Below, piece by piece: positions 48,981 through 59,000 of a DNA stretch of 64,000 bases. Below the pieces are notes generated by a model. The model saw nothing but the letters and a program-made list of their open reading frames with translations. It was not told the DNA's origin and ran no database searches. Origin of the DNA: Candidatus Brocadiia bacterium (lineage in GTDB: Bacteria; Planctomycetota; Brocadiia; CAIUPP01); assembly GCA_050015075.1 (NCBI GenBank), contig JBEKCB010000012.1:1-64000 (forward strand), given 5' to 3'. Position numbers and translations under genes: made by a program. Within the stretch, counting starts at the first letter, position 1. Each line of letters begins with the position of its first letter.

Positions 48981-49087
48981 GAGCGGACGACGCCACCACA
49001 ACCGCAGCGCTTGCACAGGCGATACTGGCACAGAAAACGGCGATCACGATTACGAGGTTTTGAAACAACCTGACAGAAAGGAATCTC

Positions 49088-50854
49088 ATGAAAACCACGA
49101 CCGGATCCAGCGGCGGCAGGCCGATGATCATGTCCGCGCGCGGAGTGGTGAGCTCCGGCCATTACCTGGCGACGGAGATCGGGCTGGACGTCCTGCGCGA
49201 CGGCGGCAACGCGTTCGACGCGGCGGCGGCCACCGGCTTCGCGCTGACGGTGCTCATGCCGCACCAGAACGGCATCGGCGGCGAGGTTCCGATGGTCGTC
49301 TATTCCGCCGCGGCCAAGAAGGTCTGGGCGGTGAGCGGACACGGCATTGCGCCGCGTGCCGCCACGATCGAGCGCTACCTGGAAATGGGGATTCGAGTCA
49401 TCCCCGGAGACGGCTTCCTGCCCGCGCTGGTCCCGCCCGCGTTCGGCAGTTGGATTCTGCTGCTGCGGAAATTCGGGAGCCTGCGCCTGTCGCGGCTGCT
49501 GGCCCCGGTGATCGAGCTGACGCGCATCGGTTTCCCCATGTACGACTCCCTGCACGCGAGCATCGCCGGATCCGCGAACCGATTCCGCGACGAGTGGCCG
49601 TCATCGGCGGAAGTCTTCCTCGTCAATGGCGAGCCGCCGAAGCCGGGCACGATCTGGCGGCAGCCGCACTGGGCGGCGACGTTCGACCGGCTTCGGGTGC
49701 TGGACGAGAAGCACGGCCAGCGCGACGACGGTCTGCGCGCGGCTTACGACGCCTTCTATCGCGGCGAGATCGCGGAGCGCATCGTCGCTTTCGCGCAAGC
49801 CTCGCACATCCGCGACGCCTCCGGCCAGGCGCACAACGGCCTCCTGACGCTTGAGGACTTCAGCGATTTCAACCCGCGACTCGAGGAGCCGGCGCGCACC
49901 GACTATCACGGCATCGCGGTCCACAAGTGCGGCCCGTGGACGCAAGGCCCGGTGCTTTTGCAGACGCTGAACCTGCTCGAGGGATACAAGCTGAAGGCAC
50001 TGCGGCACAATTCGGCGGAGTACATTCACACGGTCATCGAGTGCATGAAGCTGGCCTACGCGGACCGCGAGTTCTACTACGGCGACCAGGAGTTCGCGGA
50101 CGTGCCGATGGACCGGCTGCTCTCGAAGGAATACGCGGCGGAGCGGCGGCGCCTGGTGGACGCGGAGCGCGCATCGCTGGAACTGCGGCCCGGAGATCAT
50201 GCCCCGGTGCGGGCGGAGAACGTCACCGATGTTGACGCCGCGCTGGCGCAGGGCTCCGGCGGCGCGAACGGCGACACGACGAAGCTGGAAGTGATTGACG
50301 CGGCGGGGAACATGGTCTCCGCCACTCCGAGCGGCGGCTGGCTGCCCTCATCGCCGGTCATTCCCGGACTCGGATTCCCGCTGGGCACGCGCGGGCAGAT
50401 GTTCTCGCTGACGAAGACGCACCCGAACTGCCTGGCGCCCGGCAAGCGCCCACGGACGACGCTGACACCATCGCTGGCCATGCGCGACGGCGCGCCGTTC
50501 ATGGTCTTCGGCAGCCCCGGCGGCGACGCGCAGGACCAGTGGGCGCTTCAGTTCCTGATGAACGTGCTGGAGTTCGGCATGTCGCTGCAGGAAGCGGTGG
50601 AGGCGCCGACGTTCTGGACGAGCCATTTTCCGTCGTCCTTCTACCCGCGCGCCGCCGAGCCGGGATCGCTGTACATCGAGAAGCGGATCGGCAAGCGCGT
50701 GCGCGACAACCTGGCCGCGCGCGGGCACCTGGTGAAGGTCATGGGCGCGTGGGCCGGCGGCAACACGCTCGCGGCAGCCATTGACGGAACGACCGGCGTG
50801 CGCCGCGCCGCCGCCTCGCCGCGGCAGGAGCCGGCATACGCGGCGGGCTGGTAG
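49088..50854 (+). CDS. ggt: Gamma-glutamyltransferase family Ntn hydrolase
   Basis: GGNAFDAA, NGIGGE, KLAYADR, GDTT nucleophile, PGKRPRTTLTP and GSPGGDAQ motifs. Confidence 0.92.
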   Translation: MKTTTGSSGGRPMIMSARGVVSSGHYLATEIGLDVLRDGGNAFDAAAATGFALTVLMPHQNGIGGEVPMVVYSAAAKKVWAVSGHGIAPRAATIERYLEMGIRVIPGDGFLPALVPPAFGSWILLLRKFGSLRLSRLLAPVIELTRIGFPMYDSLHASIAGSANRFRDEWPSSAEVFLVNGEPPKPGTIWRQPHWAATFDRLRVLDEKHGQRDDGLRAAYDAFYRGEIAERIVAFAQASHIRDASGQAHNGLLTLEDFSDFNPRLEEPARTDYHGIAVHKCGPWTQGPVLLQTLNLLEGYKLKALRHNSAEYIHTVIECMKLAYADREFYYGDQEFADVPMDRLLSKEYAAERRRLVDAERASLELRPGDHAPVRAENVTDVDAALAQGSGGANGDTTKLEVIDAAGNMVSATPSGGWLPSSPVIPGLGFPLGTRGQMFSLTKTHPNCLAPGKRPRTTLTPSLAMRDGAPFMVFGSPGGDAQDQWALQFLMNVLEFGMSLQEAVEAPTFWTSHFPSSFYPRAAEPGSLYIEKRIGKRVRDNLAARGHLVKVMGAWAGGNTLAAAIDGTTGVRRAAASPRQEPAYAAGW

Positions 50855-50931
50855 AACAGGCTTCAGAATCCAATAATCGCAATTGCAGTTTTCTGCAAGC
50901 GGCATCGCCTCACCGCGGCCTGCGCCGCTGC

Positions 50932-52788
50932 TCATTCTTTCGGCCGGGTCAGGTCAACGTAGCCGATGTCGGCATGGGCCTCGAAGAACTTCGCGACGCT
51001 TTCCAGCGATACCTCCTTGCCGGTCTCGACGGAGATGGCCTCGGCGATCTCGGCGAGCGACCGCTTCCCGTCGGCCCAGAACAAGGCCCACGGCGCGCGT
51101 ACGCCGGAATCCTGTATGCGCTTCCTCGCGTCGGGCCACAGGTTCTCATGCGTGGGGACGAGCAGCGCCTTGCGGCGCGGGACCAGGCTCGCGACGGCGG
51201 CCATGGACCGGCTGACCGGTTTCCGGGGCTTGCGGCGCTGGGGAAGGTTTTTCGCAGCCGCGCCGACCTGGCGCTCGCAGTCCTTGAAATGCGCCAGGGC
51301 CGAATCGCGATCGGGTCCCGAGAGCCAGCGCCTGAGCCGTTCCAGAGAAACGGCATGCTGCTGCCGGATATACTCGATCTGCTCGCGCGTCGGCTTCTTC
51401 TCAGGCGCGCGCAGACGCAGGATCGCCTTCTGCGTCTGCCAGGTCGCGATCTGCGCCGCTTCCGGCGTCCCGGCCGCGGCAAGGAAGTAGAGATAGCCGG
51501 CCATGGCCGCGGCGCAGGCGGCCATTCCTTTGGGATCGAGCACGTCCGGGGTGTCGGCGGAACTGTGATAGGTCGTGTAAGGACTGTTCGATATCCACGG
51601 ACAAGGAAATCCATATTGCGGGTCGCCCAGCAGGGTGTCGAGCGTCGAGACGAAGGGGCCTAACGCGAAACGATAGCCCGGGTTGCCCAGGCTCAGCGCC
51701 GAGCGCACCATGGCGGCGCCGACGTCGTTCACGAATCCGGCGGACATGGGAATCGTTTCGTGCCAGGTCAATGCCTGCCCGCACAGGGCCGGCTTGACGC
51801 CGACGCCATCCATGCACACGCCCGCCAACGGCGTTCGGGGGAGCATGCGGTGCTCCACGTAGTTGAAGAACCCGTAGCACTCGTAGCTGGCCAGCAGGCG
51901 GATGGTCCGCCGCGCGGGCGGCAACCGCTTTGCCGCCACGAGCCTGCAGATGGCGCGGGCGATCTCCATGGAGACGGCGACGCCGGATGCGTTGTCCACC
52001 GCGCCGGGTTCGGCGCTGTGGGCGATGGACCAGACCTCGTCCTGCGGATCGCCTTCGCCCGCGATTAGTCCGCTGACGACATCGTGCGATCCCACATAAC
52101 GCCGGACGTTCACGCGCACGCGCAGAAGGACCGGCCCGCGCTCCTGGATCATGCGGCGCAGTTCGTCGCCCTCGCGCGCGGAGATGGAGAGGCCGACCAG
52201 GCGCCCGGAAGCTTCGTCAATCTTGATGCTGCCCCACGAGAACTTGGCCCAGGCCGTCGCCTCGGGCCGGTCGCGGACCGGCAGATCGTAGATGAGGCCG
52301 GCAGCGCCTTTCTTGAAGAACTCAAATCCGGCCTCGCGGCCGAGCCGCGTCAGGACCATCTTCCCGAGCAGTCCGCGCGGCGGGACGCGGTCGTACGCCT
52401 CCTTCGAGTCGAGGGCCACCAACTCGCAGGTCATTCCTTCCGCAGGCGTGCTGGTGCTCCACTGGACCACCTGCCAGGGGTTCTTATGATAGTCAACCAG
52501 CCGCCGCCGGATGGGTTTGACGATGTCGGCGGTCGCCCCGAGCACGTCCGCGGCTTCGTGGATCGTCCACCGCCCCGAACCCGGCACGCCGCCGGTCTGG
52601 ATGCTGTATACCTCCGTTGCCGCGCCGGCCCGCTCGAATCCCCAGCAGATCGTGCGGGTCGTATCGTGGAACCGGTCGAAGGAGTTCCACCGGTCCGTCT
52701 CGACAATCGCCTTGACGGAGTTGAGAATCCGCCCGCCCGCGATGGCGCCGTGCAGCAGCGGGATGGTCTCTCGACAGAACTTGCTCAT
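50932..52788 (-). CDS. M28/DUF4910-like aminopeptidase-domain protein
   Basis: AHSAEPGAVDNASG, ECYG, CMDG and YHSSADT motifs; C-terminal wHTH-like DGKRSLAEIA. Confidence 0.75.
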   Translation of the reverse strand: MSKFCRETIPLLHGAIAGGRILNSVKAIVETDRWNSFDRFHDTTRTICWGFERAGAATEVYSIQTGGVPGSGRWTIHEAADVLGATADIVKPIRRRLVDYHKNPWQVVQWSTSTPAEGMTCELVALDSKEAYDRVPPRGLLGKMVLTRLGREAGFEFFKKGAAGLIYDLPVRDRPEATAWAKFSWGSIKIDEASGRLVGLSISAREGDELRRMIQERGPVLLRVRVNVRRYVGSHDVVSGLIAGEGDPQDEVWSIAHSAEPGAVDNASGVAVSMEIARAICRLVAAKRLPPARRTIRLLASYECYGFFNYVEHRMLPRTPLAGVCMDGVGVKPALCGQALTWHETIPMSAGFVNDVGAAMVRSALSLGNPGYRFALGPFVSTLDTLLGDPQYGFPCPWISNSPYTTYHSSADTPDVLDPKGMAACAAAMAGYLYFLAAAGTPEAAQIATWQTQKAILRLRAPEKKPTREQIEYIRQQHAVSLERLRRWLSGPDRDSALAHFKDCERQVGAAAKNLPQRRKPRKPVSRSMAAVASLVPRRKALLVPTHENLWPDARKRIQDSGVRAPWALFWADGKRSLAEIAEAISVETGKEVSLESVAKFFEAHADIGYVDLTRPKE

Positions 52789-52840
52789 GCATCCGGGCAA
52801 ACGAGGCTCTCGCATGGGAGCGCTCCATGAAACGTCAGTC

Positions 52841-53002
52841 GAAAATCACATGCATAAACTCAGCACGCGTCATGCCGCTCGTAGTGTGCCCGTCAGGGCA
52901 TACGAAGTAGCGCCTGAGGCGCCACTACAAGCGGCGTATGAGATTCCTCGCTGCGCTCGGAATGACGACCGCGCATTATACAAGTTATTCCGATGCCAGC
53001 GC
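52841..53002 (-). mobile_element. Mosaic MITE copy with a GTAG doublet (52881-52928) replacing the palindrome loop and second arm
   Basis: Reverse complement shares TGYATAATGCGCGGTC...GAATCTCATACGCCGC and GCATGAC...ATGCAT with the 32263-32419 element. Confidence 0.7.
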
Positions 53003-53015
53003 ACAAGATGAGCCG

Positions 53016-55790
53016 CTACCGCGCGGAAGCGGCGCGTTTCCTGTAGGCGCTGCAGAACAAACAAGTTTCGGCGTCGCAAAGCAGCAGGTTCGGGTCCTCG
53101 CGCAGCGCTCGCATCCCCAATTCGTACATCGGGCGCGCCTCGATGACCTTTATCGCTCCCAGGCCGAGCGTGGCTTTCCGGATCTCCAGCCCCATGGCGA
53201 GGAGCCGCTTGTACATTTTCGAATCTTCCCCGCGGTAGAAGTCGCGATGGCCCGGAAGATGCTTCGGGACGAACACCGTGCGGACGCGGCCGCCCTCCTT
53301 GACGCAACACAGGGCGCTTCTGAGCCAGGGCGCGTCCAGTTCGGTTTCGAGGAAGTGGAAGAAGGTCGTGGAGTACAGGCCGGCGCCGAACCAGGCCATT
53401 TTCCCGCCATGATCGAGGAGTTTGCCGAAGGGGCTCCGACGGCACGCCGGCGGATCGTCCTCCCGATGCTCGGACAGGCATTGCGCCGCCAGCGGTCCGA
53501 TGCCGACCACGGAGTGGCTGCAATGCCTGCTGCGGATCACGCCGGCCCTCTTCATCAAATGTTGTGCCAGGCGGCCCGTGACCACCGAGTCGGTCCGGTC
53601 CGCCTCATGCGGCCGATAGCGGCGGTTCTTGCTCCCGAATCCCTCGTAAAAGATGGAAGGCCGATCGAAGGCGGGGAGCAGAAGAGTCCCCTTCTCGCCC
53701 AGGACTTCCAGGAACGCGTCGAGGACCGTGTCGGCGCCTCCGCGGATCCGGCCGAAGTGCGAGATGCCCGTGTGCGCCAGGACCAGGTCGCCGCTTTTCA
53801 GCCCGGCCTGCCGCAAGGCTTGGACGATCTGCTCGCGCGTGATTTCTGAGGCATAGCGCACACCGAGATAGCCCCAATCGCCGAGATAGCCGACGATGTT
53901 GATGTACCGTTTGACTTGATAAGGATTGAAACGGCTCTTCGTCTCCCACTCCGTCTCGATCAGCAGATCCTTCAGCGTCTTCTTCCCGTCCATGTTCGCA
54001 AGGATGCGCGAGAGCGGCCCATAGATGCACTCGTCCGGGAGCGGCCGCCGGTCGGCTTTCGGCACTCGCTGCAAATCGTGAGGAAGGCCGACCGTCGCGC
54101 GCGAGGGCACGATCGTGGCGGCGTATTCGAGCCAGGGATTTTCAGGCGCGGGACTCTGGGAAGGATTCTGCGATTTCCACCACTCCTTCAGTTGTTTCTC
54201 GAGGGCCAGAAAGACCTGCTCCTTTTCTTTTCGAAGCAGAGAAAGCGTCTCCTCGATCTCCGGGCAGTCGCCGACCCGCTTGAAGTCGGAGAATTGCCTG
54301 GACTCATGGGCCAGCCGGAACTCCATCCGCCGGCGGGCGCGCTCCATCAACTCGCTTTCGGAGCCAGGCGGCTGCGCAGCCGCTTCCTCCAGGACCTGGC
54401 GGGCCTCGCGTTGCAGATGGCCCTGGGCGGTTGAACCGGCCGCGGCGATCTCCATGCGGGCCGCGGCCGGATCGAGGAGGAGCAACTTGGCCAGCCAGGC
54501 GCCGATCAACGCGGTGGAGCGCTTGATCACGTTCTTGTCAATGAGCGACATGTCCTGCACGCTGTTGTGCCAGAACTTATACCCGTCCGTAACGTAGGCC
54601 GTTGGAACGCCGACGGTCGGATCCGAAAGGCACGTATCGTCGCCATACGTGCCGAACTCGCCGAAGCTGCCGAGCACCGGCGATGCCTGGCCCCGGTACT
54701 GTTCATACAACCGCTCGAGGAGATAGTTGCCGAAGAACCCCAGCGCGGGCGGCGCGGCGTTCACGCGGGCCGGACGGGCATCCTTCGCGACCGGCACGGC
54801 GTCGAGGTTGACCGCGCCGATGACCTGGTCGCGCAAGCGCCCGCCGCGACGGTCCGCGTACGCGGAGAAGCCGTACATCTCCTGGCCGCAGACCAGCCTG
54901 AGCGTGAACCGCGGCGGAGCGATGGTCCCCGCCTGGATCATCTTCTGAAGCGCGCGCGCGATCTCTATGCCGGCGACGACCCCGACGGAATTATCGTTGC
55001 TCATCGGCTCGTAGAGGTGGGCGAGCGTCCACACCTCTCGCGTCTCGCGGCCCGGCAGAATCGCGGTGACCAGGTCCACTTCATCTTCGTACAGGCGGCC
55101 GTCGGACTCGACGCGCACCAGGAGTTCGCCCGCGCGCGCCGCGGCGCGCAGCGCGTCGCCTGTGCGCGGGCTGACGCTGAATCCGACGATGGGCCGGTCG
55201 TCGGCCAGGACATGCCACTGCGGGCCGTCCCCGAAGCCGTTGACCCACATGATGGAGTCGGGCGTCTCGTATCGCCCTTGCAGCCAGTCGTTCACGATTC
55301 CCAGCCCGCCCAGGTCGCAGACCCTGGCATAGAGATCGCCTCTGGGGCGCGTTTCCGGGTTGGAGATCAGCATGGCGTTGGCCGTCTCGCAACCGCCGGA
55401 AAACTGTTCTTCGGTGAGCAACCGGGTCACGACGCCTCCGGCCGGCGTGCTGACGGAGCCGCGGACGAGGTGGAACGGGTGGCGATGGAAGTCCGCGACC
55501 ACGGGGTTCTCGAACGGCATGGGAGAGTGGAGCACCGTCAGCCGGCCCATCGTGGCGTCCCAGGCGAGCGGAGTCGTCTTGTCCTGGTAGCACGTTCGGC
55601 CGTCGGCCGGGAAGCGGATGCGCTCCACCTGCTTCAGGCCCGATTCGCTCATCAGGCGTTCGGTGAACTTGGCGGCTTCGCGGTTATGCCGATGGCACTG
55701 GCCAAGCTCGATTTTCCAGAGCTTCTCGGTGTTCTCCAGAAGCCATTCTGCGTCAATCACCTTCAGCAGTTCGTTGAACAGCGTCATCAT
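53016..55790 (-). CDS. M28/DUF4910-like peptidase fused to an AAC(3)-family N-acetyltransferase domain
   Basis: AHLYEPMSNDNSVG, EMYG, NLD and WHNSVQD; then LAHTGI, TLLLPAF, RSRHCSHS, SPFGKL and TFFHFLE. Confidence 0.82.
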   Translation of the reverse strand: MMTLFNELLKVIDAEWLLENTEKLWKIELGQCHRHNREAAKFTERLMSESGLKQVERIRFPADGRTCYQDKTTPLAWDATMGRLTVLHSPMPFENPVVADFHRHPFHLVRGSVSTPAGGVVTRLLTEEQFSGGCETANAMLISNPETRPRGDLYARVCDLGGLGIVNDWLQGRYETPDSIMWVNGFGDGPQWHVLADDRPIVGFSVSPRTGDALRAAARAGELLVRVESDGRLYEDEVDLVTAILPGRETREVWTLAHLYEPMSNDNSVGVVAGIEIARALQKMIQAGTIAPPRFTLRLVCGQEMYGFSAYADRRGGRLRDQVIGAVNLDAVPVAKDARPARVNAAPPALGFFGNYLLERLYEQYRGQASPVLGSFGEFGTYGDDTCLSDPTVGVPTAYVTDGYKFWHNSVQDMSLIDKNVIKRSTALIGAWLAKLLLLDPAAARMEIAAAGSTAQGHLQREARQVLEEAAAQPPGSESELMERARRRMEFRLAHESRQFSDFKRVGDCPEIEETLSLLRKEKEQVFLALEKQLKEWWKSQNPSQSPAPENPWLEYAATIVPSRATVGLPHDLQRVPKADRRPLPDECIYGPLSRILANMDGKKTLKDLLIETEWETKSRFNPYQVKRYINIVGYLGDWGYLGVRYASEITREQIVQALRQAGLKSGDLVLAHTGISHFGRIRGGADTVLDAFLEVLGEKGTLLLPAFDRPSIFYEGFGSKNRRYRPHEADRTDSVVTGRLAQHLMKRAGVIRSRHCSHSVVGIGPLAAQCLSEHREDDPPACRRSPFGKLLDHGGKMAWFGAGLYSTTFFHFLETELDAPWLRSALCCVKEGGRVRTVFVPKHLPGHRDFYRGEDSKMYKRLLAMGLEIRKATLGLGAIKVIEARPMYELGMRALREDPNLLLCDAETCLFCSAYRKRAASAR

Positions 55791-56033
55791 GAAATTCTTG
55801 CCTTGTGGATATGCACGGGATTGAACCGGCCCCGGTTTGAGGGGCTTTGCAGAGCCACATGCGGAGCGCGCGATCGCTTACCGGCCGGCCTCGGACATTC
55901 GGCCGAAGCGGGCGATTCATTTATGCATGCTGCTCAGCCCGCCTCCGCTGGCCGGCTGATGGTTGGCTTCGATAATCTTCCGCAGCGACGGCTCAGATTA
56001 CAACACGGTTACGCGATAGTCAAGCTGTCGCTC

Positions 56034-56082
56034 GCACTGTGCCCGCCAGGGCATACGGAGCAGCGCCTGACGGCGCCACCAC
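56034..56082. repeat. Degenerate GTAG-type REP doublet
   Basis: TGTGCCC-GCCA-GGGCATAC and AGCGCC-TGAC-GGCGCCA; both GTAG ends are mutated. Confidence 0.75.
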
Positions 56083-56086
56083 AAGC

Positions 56087-59000
56087 TCACGACTCCGTCG
56101 TCCGCGACCCGCTGCATGCGCGGATGGCGGCAACCAGGTCCTCGGACGGACCGCCCTTGGTCAGGTAGGCCACCGCGCCGGCCTGGCGCATGGCCTCGGC
56201 GGTGTCTCTCTCCTGGTGCATCGAGAGGGCAATGACCTTGACCTCGGGCAGTTCCTTGCTCAGAATGCGCGTGGCTTCGATGCCATTCATCACCGGCATG
56301 TTCACGTCCATGATAATCACGTCGGGCACGTACTGGTGGGCGAGTTCCACGGCCTGCCGGCCGTTTTCGGCCTCGGCCACCACCTCGATGTCCTCCTCGA
56401 ATTCCAGAAGGCTGGTGAGGCCCTGGCGCATGATCCTGTGGTCGTCCACCAGCAGCACGCTTATTCTGCGTCCCTTCGTGTGGACGGGGGCCATCGCCGC
56501 CGGCGGCGCCGTCGGAGCGGCGGAGGCGGCTTCCTTCGCTGCGGCCTGTCCGATGGGGATCATCAGGACGAACCGCGCCCCGCGCCCGGGCGCGCTGTCC
56601 ACTTCCATGCGTCCGCCCAGATAAGCCAGGCGCTGCTGGATGCTGAAGAGTCCGAAGCCTCCGCCGCGGTGGGCGGCGATCGCGGACGGATCGAAGCCCT
56701 TGCCCTTGTCCTCGACGATGATCTGCGTCCAGTTCTCCTTTGAGCGGCGCATGATCAACTGCGCCTCGCGCACGCCGGAGTGCTTGACGGCGTTCAGGAG
56801 CAGTTCCTGCACCGAGCTGAAGAGTAGCGCGCGCACGTCCGGATCGGCCGGTTCGGCATCGCTGTTGGCCCGGACATGGACCTTGAAAAGGTGCGTTTCC
56901 TCCTCGCGGGCGGCCAGCCACGTCAGGGCCGCCGTCAGGCCCGACTGGTGGAGGATGGGCGGGCTGAGCTCCACCGTGAGCGAGCGCGATGCGGTAATGG
57001 CCTCGGCGATGATGGAGTTGATGCCTTGCGCGGTGGACCGAACGGTGGTGGGGTCCGCGCGTTCGATCAGGCTCAACTGCAACTGCGCCGCCACGAGCAA
57101 CTGCTGGATGTGGTCGTGCAGAATGCCCGCCAGGCGCTTGCGCTCGCGCTGCTCGGCCTGGGAGAGATCCACGGCCAGCGCGCGGAGCTGGTCGGCCTGC
57201 TGCTGCACCTCCGCCGTGCGCTCGGTCACGCGCCGTTCGAGCGACAGGTTCAGCTCGCGCAACGCCTCCTCGGCCCGCTTGCGCTCGCTGATATCGAAGA
57301 ACACCACGGCGAAACGGCCCGGTTCGGTCTGATAAGAACTGACCTCAAACCACCGCCCGAGAGGGCCGAAGGCGGATTCGAAATGCGCCGGTTCCCCGGT
57401 CAGGGCCACTTTCCCGTACCGCTCGAACCATTCGGGCTCGGCCTGTGGGAACAATTCGAGGCAGGTCCGGCCGGCAATATCCGCCGCTTTCAGGCCGGTG
57501 TGACGTTCGAAAGCCGGATTGACCGCCAGGTAGCGCAGGTCGCAGGGCTTTCCCCTGTCGTCGCAGATGATCTCGTTGATGGAGAAGCCCTCGCTCATGG
57601 TGTCGAAGAGCGTTCGGAACCGCGCCTCGCTCTGCCGCAGTGCCTCTTCGGCCTGCCTGCGCGCGGTGATGTCCACCATAATCGTAAGGATAACCTTCTC
57701 GGCTCCCAGGGTCAGGAGCTGCGCGGAGAACTCCGCGACGAAAACCTCGCCGGACTTTTTATGGAACTGCTGCTCCCAACCGCGCACGGCGCCTTTCTCG
57801 CGCAACGTTTGAACGAAATGAGCCGCGGCATCGTCCGTCGGCCAGATGTGCATTTTCCTGGCGAAATGTCCAATGGCCTCTTCCCGGCTGTAGCCGTTCA
57901 TCGCCGCCCATGCATCGTTCACGTCCAGGAACAGGCCGTCGTCGAGGCGCGTCAGCGCAACGCCGGCCGGATTGCCGGCGAAGGCTTTGGCAAATTTCTC
58001 CTCGGACAGTTGCAGCGCCTCCTCGCCCCGTTTGCGCTCGGTGATGTCATGAGAGATGGACCCAACGCCGTATGTGTGGCCATCCGCATTCACCAACGGG
58101 AACTTGTTCGCCAGGAAGATGTGGTGACCGTCCGGGAGATCAGCCACTTCCTCAATCTGGATGGCCTTGCCAGTCGCCATCACCTGTTTGTCGTGTGTCC
58201 GCCAGTAGTCGGCGACTTCCTTGGGGGCAATGTCATAGTCCGTCTTGCCTTTCAGTTTGTCCCGAGATATTCCAAGCATTCTCTCCAACGACGCGTTGAT
58301 GGTGATGAACTTCCCGTCAAGGTCCTTGAGGAAGATGGGGGACGTGCTGCCATCTATCACGTTCTGCAAGAGCTGCTCTCTTTGCCGCAGCGCCTCCTCG
58401 GCCCGCTTGCGCTCGACGATTTCCCAGGAGAAGTCGCCAAGGTGCGAAACCGTATCCGCGTCGGTGGGGTCATAGTTGGTCGGCTTGTTGCCCACGCCGA
58501 TAATCGCCACGATACGGCCGCCGCGCATGATCGGAACGACCATTTCCCGGATGACCGGCGCATGCCCGGCGGGCAGTCCTTTGCGGTCCGGCAATGAGGC
58601 GTAGTCATTGTGAATGACCGTGCGCCGCCGGCGGACGCACTCCACCCAGACGCCCGCGTCGGAGACCGGGTAATGCCGCCCCTTGCCCTCGGCCATGCAC
58701 ATGTTCCGCAGGGTGTTCGTGGACCAGGTCTGGAGCGAGAGCGTTTCCTGATCGGGTTCCATGTAGTGGTAGAAGCCGATGACGCTGCCGGTCCGGGCTT
58801 CGATCTCGTCGAGCAGCATCCGAAGCGTCTCGTCGAGGGAGAGCGCCGGGTCGTTGGATGCAACCATCATCCGCAGCCGCGCCTCCGTGAGGCCTTCGGC
58901 CCGCTTGCGCTCAGTGATATCAGCGAGGAAGGAATAGTAGTAGAGCGGCTTGCCCTCCGCATCCTTCACCAGGTGGACGAGCAGCTCGATGGGTACCCGC

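Noticed and set aside
53016-53850. Aminoglycoside resistance gene
   Set aside because: The domain is fused to a peptidase in a metabolic context; fold alone does not show resistance.
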